From Macrostomum hystrix (lineage: Eukaryota; Animalia; Platyhelminthes): a stretch of DNA of 64,000 nucleotides. The stretch is from NCBI GenBank assembly GCA_950097015.1, contig CATNEN010000038.1:11904001-11968000 (forward strand), written 5' to 3'. The translations under genes were made by a program, and so were the position numbers. Each line of letters begins with the position of its first letter. The first letter of the stretch is position 1. The notes beneath the pieces are model-generated. The model did not search any database. It was not told the DNA's origin and saw only the letters and a list, made by a program, of their open reading frames with translations. Shown here piece after piece: positions 26,561-38,145 of this stretch.

Positions 26561-27555
26561 ATGAACTATGCGACCGCTGCCACATGGCTGATCCAGCTGC
26601 TGCAGCTCACCTCTCTGACTGCCGCTGACAGCCAGTACCTGTACTCCATCGACAAGGCCGAATGGGATAGAGTAGGTGCACCTGAAACGTCAGGTTCGTC
26701 TGCTGTAGTCCTCGCAGCCCGCTCGGAAATCGAGTGCGCCGCACTGTGCGAGCTGGCGCCCTCCAGCTGCGCCAGTGTGGTCTGGTGCCCGACAGACCGC
26801 TGCCAGCTGGTTGACGGCATGCCCGGCGCCGCTGCCACTGCTGCACCCGCCGGCTGTCGAGCTCTGGCTCTGACTAGTCGACGTCGATGTGAGTGAATTC
26901 CGTCATTCTGTAAACCGTTTTTCTCTTCATTGCACAAGAGCAAACCCCACGGAACTGCTGATGCTTCTCCAGACAGTGGAAACTGGTGCTCGTGGAGCCT
27001 GTGGACTCCGTGGACCGCCAGCTGCTTCGCTGGCTCGCGAAATCGCGACCGGATCTGTCAGTGTCCACAGCCTCAGGCTCCGTCGTCTGGCATCGGCTGT
27101 GACGACAGCTCAACCGCTGGCGGAGCTTCCCAGCTGGCCGAGAGATTCCTGGGCTGGTGCAACTGGCAAGCCTGGAGCAGCTGGGGCTCAGGTAAAAGCA
27201 TGCGATGAGATTTGCAGTTTTTGAGTCATGAATCAGACTGTACAGTCGTTGTCATCGCTGCGCAGGATGCAACGTCAACCAGCAGCGGTCCAGGTCCAGG
27301 ACCTGCGGCTGCGCGACGGATCCAGTGACCTCTCCGTCTTCGAGCGCCACTGAGCAGGAATCGCGGTTTCTCGGCTGGTGTCCGTGGAATCCTTGGGGCG
27401 ATTGGTCTGGCTGGCGCCGGGACAACTGCGCGCTTGGGTGGGAAAGGGGGAGCCGCACCCGCGACCGCAGTTGTGCATGCGTTGTGAGCTACACTGCGAA
27501 TCCATCTTCGACGAGCTCTGATTCGGAGGAAACGTCTTGCCAATTTCGAGGATGA
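26561..27555 (+). CDS. Secreted protein, 278 aa: signal peptide + PAN/Apple-like domain + three thrombospondin type-1 (TSR)-like repeats
   Basis: Exons 26561-26888, 26973-27191, 27266-27555 (GT-AG, both introns phase 1, 837 nt in frame). Hydrophobic N-terminus; ARSEIECAALC..CASVVW..CQL (PAN); WxxWxxW..C..RxRxRxC three times; AATAAA at 27579. Confidence 0.88.
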
Positions 27556-27651
27556 TCAAAATGTCAAAATTAGAAATGAATAAACTCTTGACACGAGAAA
27601 TGAGTGCCAGAACGATGGGCTATGGTTTTGTGGAACTTTATGAAATTCACA

Positions 27652-28427
27652 CTGTTTCTACATTCTCTTTTGATGCCGTATTTATAGACACTCTCTTTTA
27701 AGTATCATTTTCTTTATCAGGAAAGTCCTGAACTATTTTTGTTCGCATGAAAATTAGCGTTAGAATTGGATTTTTCCAATTCCAACAAACACAAATGCGT
27801 TGTTGTGTTTCGGAATTCAATCTTGTTAATTTGTCATGCAAATTTTATTGGTCCTTCTTAATTGTTTCTTAATTTCGCAGTGTTTTTTAGCCACTACTTA
27901 ATCAACTAGCCCGTAGTTATACGCCTCAATTTGCATATCCTCTTCGTTGGCTAACTACCGAACCCCCTTAAAAGTTGGCAGATTCCACGAAAGTTGGCCA
28001 ACTATCCCCCCAAAGCAGTCGATTTCCCCCAAAGCTGCATGTTTTCTCAAAATGCTTCAATCTTGCATCTCAATACTTCATCAAATGTGAATGCAACAGT
28101 TTGAAAATGGAAGTCAAACAGCAGCTGCATCGAGTTTTCAGTCCTGTTTGCTGCTGCCTGTCGGAATTCTCCTTTGACGGTTCCCTGCCTTGCGATGGCC
28201 TCTGTCCCGATCAGCGCAAACAGAAGGCAATCACGCCTCAACGCATTGTCAGTGTCGGGACAGAAAATGTTGTATTGCTTTACAATTACTCTAGATGAGA
28301 CACGCCAAGGCTTGCAAAGAAAGTCCTTATAACTTTTGACAGCTCATATTTCGCAGATGAAGTTTTATTCGTTTTCTAACGCTTGGGCCACAATAACTGA
28401 AGGATATTTATGGCGAAGCACAATAGC
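27652..28427 (+). repeat. ~775-bp direct repeat, copy 2
   Basis: Matches 21676-22436 with few substitutions and a ~15-bp insertion near 27780. Confidence 0.93.
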
Positions 28428-28939
28428 GAAGCACGGAAATTAAGGCATTGAACAAAATTACAACGAAAAATCTGCACCCATGCACTTTTTCTTGAAGTGA
28501 AATGCGTAGTAAAATATCCCATTTATTTCCTGTAAAATGTTTCGGTGACTATATTGAGGGCGCTTATGCCAATAACGTTAACGGTATTAAGCTGCTGGTA
28601 ATTGAAAGTCATCTCTGTTTACTCATGTTCTTCTATGCTTTAACACTCGTAACGGTCTGGCTCGTGATGTTCACTGGCTATAATGAAGTGCATCCACGGT
28701 GTCCTTGTGGTTTTAAGTTCGAAGCACCACATATTTCCAAATTGAGAGCAAAACTGGACCGCAAAAGCAAGAATGCAGATTCAGCGTTTGAGGGACTGGC
28801 AGTTGCCATCGAGTTTCTAGCAATACTAATTGTTATCCTCAGCAGGTCCACACTCTTTAGGCAAGAATACGTACTAAACTGTCGAGCGAGCTGATAAAAT
28901 ATATAATTCTTTGATTGACGCCACAATCCAAATAGAGAG

Positions 28940-29240
28940 TTCAGTTCTCTCCGTAGTCAATGTTCGATCAGATACCTCTGGGTGTTATTTGACTAGCATT
29001 GCTTGCATAGACGGCGAAATCTACGCACTGTGTGGGCCAGCAGGGAATTTTGAACCGGGCGGATGTGGGCTGAAAAAAGCTTAGCTCAGAAAATTCCCTC
29101 TCAAAGGTGGAGCACACGCATTAAGCTCTGGAAGCACGTCTTGCTAAGTCAGGCTTGTTCCCCGGGCCAACTACAAAAGGAGCCGCACCCGTACCCGCAG
29201 TTGCTGATGCATTGTGGGCTACTGTCTACACCATGCGAAC
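28940..29240 (+). pseudogene. Probable decayed paralog of the Apple-TSR gene
   Basis: 29179-29210 matches 27449-27480 at 26/32 nt (RSRTRTRSC*C vs GSRTRDRSCAC); upstream similarity to exon 1 is faint. Confidence 0.4.
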
Positions 29241-30361
29241 CCATAGTATTAGTACTCGAATTCTGAAGAATCTAAATGCACTTTGCTCAGATGCATGATC
29301 GGAACTAATGATGGAAGTCATTGGGATTTTTTGTTTAAGTGACACGCAAAAAGCGGATAATAAAAGTTTTTTAACTCGCGTGAAATTCGCACTTTTGCTT
29401 TCCGATGGCTTGATATTCACGACCGGTTATTAACATGGCATTCGCAGAGAAAATCATTGTGAAAAACGTGGAGACGGTTAGAATTGTCTCACAGGATGCT
29501 TGAATAAGCGATTTGTTCTCTCCTTCCCTTGCGGCCGCCCAGTTTATCCCGAAGGCAGTTCAACATTTTATTTGCTAATCGATTAAGCAAACAATGCACG
29601 ACAGGGTGAAACAAACAGATTATTGAACCCCTGCCGAATCCCTCAATGTCTCCTGTCTGAACGGCTGTTTCTTCATTCTTTTCATCTGCCCAAAAGCTGC
29701 AAGAGTGATGGATGGCGCGAGATCTGATGCGAAAATATGAAAAGTGTTACGATTCTTGAGAAGCATGGACTTCGTGCTCAACATTATCGGAAATTTGTTA
29801 AGAAGCCCTTGAAAATAAAAGTGAGAAAATAATTCTCTTTTCATAATTTTAAATCTATATAATTCCTTGGCTTTTCTTTTGCGCTACGATAGATCGTTCA
29901 AGCATGATAGTTGTACAATGTCACGAAATCGCAGCGATACTATTATCGGGGCGTAGTATTATTAATATTACTTACTGGAGGGCTGTATGTGGTGAAAGCA
30001 CACCCGCGAGGACCATGCAGGTCTCAGATACCGTACGTAGGCACACTCCCACAGGGTGTACAGTACTACTGCCGTGATGTTCTCATCTTCAGGCATCGCA
30101 GATGACTTCGAGGTTGACCCTAAATGTCATGAAGTGCATGAGAAGTGCACTTTTTGTCTGTCTTCTCAACTTCGAGTTAATAATCAATACTGGCAGTGGT
30201 TTAGGCGAACCAAAGTTCATCTCGATTTTAGATCAGTTGATCAGGAACCGCCTAGTCTTCTAACACAACAACAATTAGCTCGTAATTTACGCATTCAAAA
30301 GATAAAAAGCACAGCTTCAGAACGTTCCGCTGCATTTTACTGGTAAGTAGCCAGTTCCTTT

Positions 30362-30710
30362 TGTAACGATTTCTTATGCAACAAATTGAGTCCTCGCAGT
30401 CAGAGTCCGTTCATACGACCGTGAGCCAATTCAGGCCGAGAGTCAAAATATATTTAAGTTTAACAGAGCGATAAGGAAGGGGGTTGGCGGTACGATAACA
30501 AGAGTGCGCGACTGAGGGTAGGAGAGGAGGCTAGAACGTGAGCGGCGGACCAATCAGAGAGGAGGAAAGAAAGAAAGGATAGAGAATGAGAGATCAGCCG
30601 CAGAGATAACGAGAGAGAAAGAACTAGATTGAACTGGACGATGTAAACAAGAAAAGTGCAGAGAACGAAAGAGTGAATAGAGGACAAAAGGCAGAGACGA
30701 AGTCGCGACA
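30362..30710. mobile_element. Solo LTR, 349 bp
   Basis: Starts TGTAACGA and ends TCGCGACA (TG...CA, imperfect inverted ends), flanked by an exact 5-bp TSD CCTTT (30357-30361 and 30711-30715). Purine-skewed interior. Confidence 0.8.
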
Positions 30711-31472
30711 CCTTTCATTAAAATTATTGACAGATAGAAACAGCTAAAATTTTTCCGAAGCACTTTTAATCTGTTTTAAGTGCACTTACCAGCGTAGATT
30801 TTTTGTGAAGGTCTATTTCTTGTATGAAATATTCGACATAAGAGAACAACCGTAGCTTGATAGCGTTGTTCTGCAGTATAACTGTAGAAGTGCAAAGCGG
30901 GTGATTCCATTGAATTTTTTCTGCGCCTGAACGGATGAAGTTCAAAAACAAACAAACAAACAATTAAAAGTGCAAAACAAAGTTAGCGCAACAAAAATGA
31001 TCGGGAAGTAAGCTAAATCCAAGTGAGACAATCGGCAGGAACGTTGGCATCAGCTGCATACGCGTTCATAGATGTGGCAGCTGTCTATGAACGTTTTCGA
31101 CCATGAAATACGAGCAATAAATCAAGTCCAGTTGGGATATTCGGAAATTCAGATTCAGCATTTAGAATTTACTCGCATTCAACTAGACGGAGCTTCTGGA
31201 CCCTCAACAGGTGGGCTGCGAATTTCTACTCCCGCTTATCAAACCCTGAAAATTGACTTGACCATCGAAAAGTCAATGACGGCGTGACTTAGCTCCGTTC
31301 AGGCGTAGCAAAATAAACAGTTTTTTGTGGATGTGTAGATAAAGACTTTTTTTAAACAAAATATAGAATTCAGGAAATCTGTCTGTAAGGAGTTTTACTC
31401 TGTTTGCTTTGTCTGAAATAAGATCACAGTTTGTTTGCTTTGAACCAGATATGCAGCTCATAGCTTGATTGA

Positions 31473-34400
31473 TTAGGCATCAATATTTTCCAACGACATT
31501 GGCGCAGCGCACGGTCGAAGCTTTACGGTTGAGGTGGCATTTTCGACAGTGGCTGAGACGGTGGCAGACAAAACATCACGCGGATAATCATCTTTGGCAT
31601 CTGGGATCTGTTCCACCTTCTGCCCGCTGCCAGTTTGCACTCGGAATGCTGACAGGTAGAGCAGTTGAATGATCAGTTCCAGCAACTCAAGAAGTGTAAT
31701 GATGGAAACACCAACCCACAGACCTGAAGTACCAGATGAGCAGGTAGAGATTCCGTCATTTGTCTGCTATACAATTCGACTGCAGATATTTTGACAGCCA
31801 AACAAAATAATGATTGCCAAATGTTTGATTATTTCATGTCAGTAGCATTATTGCAAAAATTATGTGAGTTACGAAATACATTGTAAGTCCCCCAGACTGC
31901 AGTCTCCTCCTCTCTTCCTGGGAGTATAGTATTAATCCTATATTGGTCCTTTAACATTGCCTTCTGCCCACGCTTTCTAATGAGCCTCAGCACAAGAAAT
32001 GATGTTCAAAGGATGTTAGGTATAAGATGAGGTTGTTAGACATGCTGACATTATAGGGGTGAGTGGCAGAGTGGTTACGCGTCTGCCTCTCGCACCAATG
32101 TCCCTGAGCTCGATTCCGCGGTAAGGCCACATCAAACTGGTGCGCAGCCGCGGAGAGAAGGCTTGGCAGCTTGTCGTGCAATTTACGCCCTTGAGGGCCA
32201 ACCTCCAAGGCACAGTGAAATGTCTGATGATGAGAAAGTCAGTGCAGATTTACACACCTGCGTGAGCGTGTGCAGTATCCGTGTACGTGTGTGCTCAGGA
32301 GTCCAGTGAAATGGGCAGAATAGCCTCCGTGCTGGTTGCAGGTCTAATGTCACTAAATGATATGCCGTTGCCCTCAGCACTCCTACATCTATTATTATTT
32401 TTTTAAGCTGAGAATATGTTAAAATGATAAGGGGATATTACACATGACGAAAATTGAGCGCTGGAACAGACCCACTACAGGCAGCTGGCTGTCAAATGTT
32501 TTAAATCAAAGCATGTAGGAAAAAATATAATGACTTTTAGAAGACAATCATTTCATCGCTGTCGCTACATTAAAATCTGATGCGAAAAAACTACTACTTG
32601 CCGAGAATTCCGCCCAGATCCGAGAACAAATTTCTCAACTGATAGGCAAACGACTCAGTGAATACGCTAACTTTAGTAGACTTTGGATACAGATCCAGGA
32701 CGCTGATGAACTTGTTATTGATCATGTAGGAGGAATAGTTGTACAGAATCTGTGGCCGGAAGCTGGACAGGTTGGTGCCTGCGATGCGGTTGAGCAGATC
32801 CCTGGCGTAGTCTCTCACGGCGGCCTCCGCCAGTGAGGCGTCCCGAGGCCAAGTCGACTGGCCAGTGGTCACGCTGTAGCGCGTGTTGGTGCAGCGCACC
32901 GGGCAGTGCCTAGCAGACACGCCCTGTGTCTTCTGGCGTTGAAGTACGCGATAAAAGCACTTGACGTGCTGCGCTGTGACATTGTACACGGCCCAGTTAT
33001 TTAGTAGATAGTCGGTTAGTGGAATAAACGCCCAGCTTCGGTTTGTTATGATGTACTCGATCATGTTCAATTTGTTTCTTCGATATTTGATGTCGAAAAA
33101 GAATACCTAAAATGCACGTAACATGAAAAATACATTGCGGAGCGCATCCAAAGGCCGCAATTACGCAACAAAAACAACAACAACAAAAGACGCTAGCCCT
33201 AAAATTCAGGGAGGCAGCGTCAGGTGGCGCGCCGCAGAGCCAGCGCGCGAACGTGGTCCGCGCCGGTGGCAGTGTCGGGCGCCCCGGCGTCGCTCAGCAG
33301 GCAGTCGACGTAGCGGCGGGTCCGAGCCTGGCCGCGCCTGAACGGGCCCTGCAGGGTGAGCAGCAGGACGTCCTGGGCGGGCTGGCGGCAGTAGCTCTCG
33401 GCCCGAATAACGTGGCCCTCTAGTCGAAGTCGCCGCTGGCGCAGGATGGTGGACAGGATGGCAGGATGGTCGCCGCTGGTGCAGCTGGGCTCTCTCGTAC
33501 AAAGCAATTATGTAAATAATAACTAGGGGCTAAAATCTACCACTAGTCACAAAGAAAAACATTAGATGGCAGCAAAAAAGTCCGCAAAGGCTTTCGGCTT
33601 AAATCTCACCTCTTCTGGTAGCATATGGCACACCTCTGTATCATTCATTAGATCGCTAGGCAGGGGCAGGTGGGTCCCTAGGCAACCGCAGGTGTTCCTA
33701 TATTCCTCCTGCATTATTCGTATAGTACAGTCCTGTGTGGAGCCAAAGAAGCTCTGATTCTCAAAGTCTCCGGGGTAAGAGAAGTTGACAGTGTAGGTGA
33801 CGTTCGGCAGGCTGTCTATACAGGGTGCCGCCTCGCGATTGACTTTTGTGTCAGTCTGCACAGTAACCTGGGCTGAAGTCTTGTAACCGAATAGCGCATT
33901 GAATCCTGAAGTCATGTCTGGCTTGTAACCTGAGAGTTCAAGGTTAATCTGAACTTAATAAAATAAAATCATAGTTTGCGTATTCATTTTGATTTTGAAA
34001 CGACAGTTGGTATTTGTAAAATAAAGCCAGACATCGCTTGAAAACCGATACGCTTTCAGTGTCAAAGCACCCACCATTTTCATGTAGTGCAATGCGGAAT
34101 CCTGGCACATTGTCAACCAGCTCGGCATTGGTGAGGAATGAAAAGCCGTAGTTGTACAGAACCAGATAAAGCCCGTTGCCCTCGCCGGGTTGGGCGATTG
34201 TTCGATTCACGGGGTTGAACGATATGCACATGAACCTGTCATTTTGTTCAAAAGTTGTCATAAGATAATTAGATAAAAAGCTTCAAAGTCTAAACGATAA
34301 TATTTTAGACTTTTTACCTGTCCTCGTCCTTGTACACCGTAAAGTTCTCATAGGTACACAGCTCGGAGTTGTAGCGGCAATACACGACAGTCTCGTAGGG

Positions 34401-35008
34401 CAGCTGGAACAGTACTCCTCGATACGCCAGGTATCTCAGGCCGAGTTTTCCATCGTAATACGAATTGAAGTCTTCTGGAGGCATGGAAATATTCCAGTTT
34501 TCCTGCCTCAGCTGGTAGAACAGAAGAGCATCATCAAAAATCATGTCGTTAAGGTTTCTTGGACGACCTACGAGCGTACGATCAGTTATGTGGCATCAGA
34601 ACCTTCTAGAACTCACTTTTGAGCGTATTAACTCAAATGACATAGTAAAGACGACTTCTCACCGGTTATCGAATAGTTACTAGACACTGCCGGGGTATTA
34701 TATGTGATAAAGTACGTCGGACAGATAGTCACGCTCGGGAACTGGAAGTCGGCGCCTTCGCTAGAGAACTCTGTGCTCACCGGGTAGCTGAGGTAGCGCT
34801 CGGCCAGCTCTCTCAGGTGCACCGCGAATCCTGTGCAAGCGCCCATGATGACCAGCACCCAGATAAGACGGCTGGCACTGGAGCCCCGCGTCAGGTGCAT
34901 GACTCCATGCGCTGAGGTGTGCTCAGCGAAAGACAGCAGAGCATTTTCGCGGAGATCACGTCTCTGAGAGTTGTAATTCAGCTCGGTCAGCTGCTGGGTT
35001 GAAGCCAT
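31473..35008 (-). CDS. DEG/ENaC amiloride-sensitive sodium channel subunit A, 610 aa (FaNaC/ASIC superfamily)
   Basis: Exons 35008-34663, 34567-34318, 34235-34075, 33929-33610, 33106-32602, 31723-31473 (1833 nt in frame; intron 5 is GC-AG). Motifs FAEHTSAHG, TM1, FPSVTIC, CGC thumb, LFSDLGGILGLWVGVSIITLLE. Confidence 0.93.
32056..32398 (+). mobile_element. tRNA-derived SINE family B, in intron 5 of channel A
   Basis: A box TGGCAGAGTGG, B-box-like GCTCGATTCC, body shared with four other copies, (ATT)n tail. Confidence 0.85.
33166..33500 (-). mobile_element. RTE LINE 3' fragment in intron 4 of channel A
   Basis: LRQRRLRLEGHVIRAESYC..QDVLLLTLQGPFRRGQARTRRYVDCLLSDAG; (GTT)n-like tail on the minus strand. 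Confidence 0.9.
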
Positions 35009-36196
35009 CGAAGTTTAGTAGAAAAAAATGACAAAATCTCGAAGGATCTGTTTTAGTAGTCAAAAATTTTTCTATCTACAAACTAAAATGCGAGGCATTT
35101 TAATGCAGTCACAATTTATTACAATTGTAATGTTTGCTATAGCAACCAATAGAGTTTGGTTGATGCAAGTTAAATTAAAATGATTTCGTCAAATCAGATC
35201 GTTTCAAAGAATTTACATTGGCAAACTTCGCTGTCAAAAGTCTTATTAAGACCTTAAATAATAAAAATGGTTTTCAAATTTGGCTTCGTAAGAAATTAGT
35301 AAATATTTTTTCACACTCAAGGATTGATTATGAACGAAATGCGATCAGATTCCGATGGAAATCTGGAGACACCAATCCGTTTCATGGAGCTGGCTAGAAA
35401 TTTTGTACAGAACTTCATCCTGTTCCTCTGAGGCCATTAGTGCTTTGTAGACAGGCTGATTACGAAGCTCAAACGTTGTGATCAGTGGTCTGATGTACGT
35501 CGTACTGCGTCTTGCTAATATGAAATATTAGTGGGCCGTGGTCCTCTATGAAGCACTTAGAAGAGGCGCTGACTGCTGCTTTCCAATGTCGGTGGCCTCA
35601 TCCTTGGCGATGGGACCACTGACAATGTCGCTAAGAGAGGCTCCGTAGAAGCTTCTCTCCCACGTTGCCGTCCGCCACCACTGCCTTGGCCTGAGGCATG
35701 GAGACGTACGGCGCGGCGGCATTCAAAGCACCGGCTACAAGCTTTTCAGCCTGGTGCGCTGCCTTCTCTGTGGGCTACTTTGAGCAATGGTTAGCAAAAG
35801 ATCTCTCACAGCTCAAGAGCGGTTTGTATGCCAGTTGAGCGCCCACCGCTGCCCTGCTGTGCAGGGCTTTTAGGCTGCCATAGGAGTCAACGCTGCGCCT
35901 ACGTGCTGTTTCCTGCGGCGAGGACAAGTAGTCAAAAAATAAAGCATCCTTCTGCCCAACCGCACACTGAGACAATCAAATGTAGAGACATTCCAGATCA
36001 TAAAATAGCATGGATACTATAATTATAGAATACATTGCAAATTTTAGTATCCATGATAAATAGTCACTACCACCCAAGGTATACCTGGTCTAGTCTGCTA
36101 CAGTTCTAAATGGCACCAGACCCCTTAAATTGTTGAACCTTCCCATGGGCAAGATGGGCATAGACAGAGACTACGTACTAGTTTCGAGAGACGAAA

Positions 36197-36375
36197 GGTG
36201 AGTGGCAGAACGGTTAACGCGTTTGCCTCCTGCACCAAGTTCCTTGAGCTCGATTCCGCGGCGAGGCCACATATATTGGGGCGCAGCCGCGGAGAGAAGG
36301 CTTGGTGTCCTAACAGGCACTGTGAAATTTAACACTGTCTGACTGTATGAGAAAGTCAGGGCAGATGTACACACG
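36197..36375 (+). mobile_element. SINE family B, internally deleted and 3'-truncated copy
   Basis: Shares GAGTGGCAGA..GAGCTCGATTCCGCGGCGAGGCCACAT..GCAGCCGCGGAGAGAAGGCTTGG with the other copies. Confidence 0.8.
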
Positions 36376-36704
36376 AGGTCTATCGATCTGCATGACCGCT
36401 TGGCAACTCTGTCAAAAAGTTTCGTCTATCTTCAAATTAAAATAATACAATCGGCCTGAAATCAATTGTTTATTTTCTGACTGATTAAAATCTTTGAAGT
36501 TGAGATGAAATTCAATAGTGTAGTAGCGAATACTCTTAATTGATTCGCATTGTATTCACCGTCAACTGTGCAAAATGTGATTCTTGAGTATGTCCCATCA
36601 TTTTATGAGCTTTATCGATCGTCTAACGATAGAAATAAAATGAATTGGGTATTAAATTTCTTTTTAAGCTTAGGTACGTCGCCTGCTTTAATATTGCTGG
36701 AGGT

Positions 36705-37850
36705 ATATAATCTCTCCCGTTTATTCATTTATCTGTGGCCGTCAGAACGACTGAGAACTTGTTTCTCGGCCGAGGCGCAGCCGAGGCCAGAGAAACGAGT
36801 TTGAAGTCGTTCTGGCCATTGACAAATGAATAAACGGGGGAGATGTATAGATTAATACCCCCCTGATTTCGATTCTTTGGCCTAGGAAAGGCTGAGGACG
36901 CGTTTCTTGGCCGAGGCGAAGCCGAGGCCCAGAAGCGCAGTCCGAAGCCGTTCCAAGGCCATAGACAACGATTTCAGGGGGGTATTATAGTATTTAATCC
37001 TAAAGCTTGGCCTGGCTCACGAGATTGCAAACCTAAAACTGTTTACAGCAACTGTGACCATAGACTATATGTTTAATCGGCCTAGGCCAATTAAATAATA
37101 CATACATAGAATTAGTAGCCAATAGGCCGGGCCAAGCTGGGGATTAAAGTATTTTTCCCCAACTTGGCTCGGTCCACCCGTGTTGACAGTGATTCTAAGA
37201 AACGGTAATCGAACATGCGCGACGGTTGCCTAATGGGCAAATCAGAACATGTTCTTTGTTCCGAGAACATGTTCTTTTTAATTTATATGGCTTCGTAATG
37301 TAAAAAAATATTAAAATATAAAAAAATAAAAAATCTCAAAAAAAGTTGAAAGAAAACTACGAGTATATTGCTGGCTAATATGTACGTTAAGTGCTGGTGA
37401 ACTAGGATATTACTAGACATAGTATGGCCGTTTAACTCTGTCTTGTTTGTTGACCTCATGCCAAGGAAGGCGTAGTTTTTTCTTCATTATTTTTTCTTCA
37501 CCTAGCGGTATTTAATATACATTAAGTAGCCTTATTAATTTTAAAGAACATGTTCTCGGAACAAAGAACATGTTCGGAGTTGCCTATTAGGCGACCGTCG
37601 CGCATGTTCGATGTAGCCTAAGAATCGTCAACACGGCTGCTCGGTCTTGTGGAAAAAAGAACTATATAGCTCAACAGTCTATGGTTCTGATCGAACCGGT
37701 TCCAAATAAATCGTTTCCTCGTCCGGGACGAATAAATCTAAATATATTTAATCCCCAGCTTGGCTCGGCCTATAGGCTATTAATTATGTGCATTTATTAT
37801 TTAATCGACCTAGGCCGTTAAATGATCTAACGGCCTAGGCCGACTTCATT
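36705..37850. mobile_element. Compound palindromic (foldback/MITE-like) element
   Basis: Hairpins at 36705-36850 and 36854-36987, each centred on GGCCGAGGCG(C/A)AGCCGAGGCC. Nested inverted arms ~37070-37150/37745-37825 and ~37175-37285/37535-37637. Confidence 0.7.
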
Positions 37851-38145
37851 TACCTTAGACTATTGTAGTGTGGTAATCAGATGGTTCAGAACGCGAGCAT
37901 TTTTAGTTGCCAGTGCATATTTGGTTTCAAATAACAGTCAATATATGCAAATAAGGTTCTTTTGCTGGAGGCTGTTCTTCCATCCCAATAACCATGATCT
38001 TAAGTATTGAGTTTAGGTAAATATATTCAAAAGTAGGTAAGATTACGCAAGACGTACGAATTGCGCTCACACCAAAATAAGGTAGTTAACCTGAATTTAC
38101 TGACACTTTAAGTAACACATTAGCATTGTTTGCATCCACATCTGT

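Noticed and set aside
21676-28427. LTR retrotransposon (long direct repeats around an RT)
   Set aside because: The RT is non-LTR RTE type, the repeats lack TG..CA, PBS and PPT, and a cellular intron-containing gene lies inside.
35540-35975. Possible decayed LINE endonuclease remnant (KDALFFDYLS..) on the minus strand
   Set aside because: Too degenerate to support by eye; needs TBLASTN or an HMM search.
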